A stretch of DNA of 64,000 nucleotides, from NCBI GenBank assembly GCA_051362555.1, contig CM120645.1, forward strand, positions 18,352,001 to 18,416,000, read 5' to 3'. Within the stretch, counting starts at the first letter, position 1. Each line of letters starts with the position of its first letter. The DNA is from Lingula anatina (Eukaryota; Animalia; Brachiopoda). A program made the position numbers and the translations under genes. The notes beneath the pieces were generated by a model. The model saw only the letters and a program-made list of their open reading frames with translations, was not told the origin of the DNA and made no database searches. Positions 63,068 to 64,000 of this stretch are shown piece by piece.

Positions 63068-63442
63068 GTATGGGGTAAATTGGATGTTGGGAATCGATAT
63101 TTCTTTTAGAAAAATTCCCATTTTTCCTATACTTTTGCAATGTAATTCCTATTTTTTCCTATTTAAAATTTTTTTTCTTATTTTCCTATTTTCTGGAGCT
63201 CCGTTATAACTTGACGCCATGTACATTTCACCATGAACTGCACTTTTCAAATTTTCCCAACCTTACACCTCCATAACTGGCTGAGATACACCCATAGTTA
63301 CTTTTGAAGTTCACCTTCATACGTACGGCACCTTTCCCTGCAATACATAGAAATGCATACATACATGTGGGCATGCATGCATACATAGATACAATTGTCC
63401 ATACGAACCTACATTAATGTTACAATATTTGATTTATTTTAG

Positions 63443-63546
63443 GCAGATGCTGCAGACTATGAGCAAATGCCAATAGAAGAATATGGCCTTGCCATGTTAA
63501 GGGGAATGGGATGGAAGGAGGGAGAAGGGATTGGGAAAAATAAACA
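63443..63546 (+). CDS. GPKOW: GPKOW G-patch exon
   Basis: TTTTAG|GCA...AAACA|GTGAGT; [34 protein letters not shown] is the diagnostic Spp2/GPKOW G-patch (human [26 protein letters not shown]). The gene continues beyond the window. Confidence 0.95.
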
Positions 63547-64000
63547 GTGAGTAGTTGCTATATGCATCCCTTGTCCATCAGTATAATACTAGCCTTCTCC
63601 TGTCCATCATTCTAATACCGTGCTGATAATTCATTCAGTTTTAATTTGACGCAGTTTTGAAATCTCTTAACTGGATGTAAGATTATGTCTAATTGAAGAC
63701 ATTGTGTCTTCCTTAACCCCATAACTATTGTTACAGCACCGGTGCAGTAGATTTTCTATAGGCCCAATACCACACCGGTGCGTATCTTTGAATGCATGGC
63801 TTCTGTACTCTATTGCATCGTGAGTCATGAAATGATATATTGTTGAACAACCGGATATGTTTCCTGTTTCTCACTGTTGCCATTTTTAAAGGACGATAGA
63901 CATATATATGAGGGAGAAAATGGCGATTTTCTAGACTTGGTTCAGGCCTACCCAACTACCAGACGCGGCACCTACGGATCCTGAATAAACCGGTATATCA

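Noticed and set aside
63712-64000. piggyBac-like TTAA|CCC start
   Set aside because: The other end is outside the window and there is no coding evidence.

Overview
AT-rich animal genomic DNA dominated by introns and transposons; the repeat types suggest a marine invertebrate, possibly a mollusc, but that is inference. One host gene is confidently recognisable: GPKOW/Spp2 (+ strand, five exons from 44727 to 63546 including a 21-nt microexon, continuing past the window). A weakly supported minus-strand spliced transcript may diverge from it. The rest is layered mobile DNA: three families of non-autonomous Helentron/Helitron2 (HINE/DINE-1-like) elements, two carrying ~146-bp and ~160-bp tandem arrays and all three nested inside each other in GPKOW intron 1; a ~9.9-kb TTAA-flanked TIR element carrying decayed spliced cargo genes; Kolobok-type TTAA elements; hAT, RTE and Penelope remnants (the last with a candidate hammerhead ribozyme); and many MITEs. 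Nearly all ORFs in the supplied track are spurious. No CRISPR, rRNA or tRNA gene was seen. No clearly new biological system is proven; the best leads are ranked in findings. Coordinates were read by eye and repeat boundaries are approximate.
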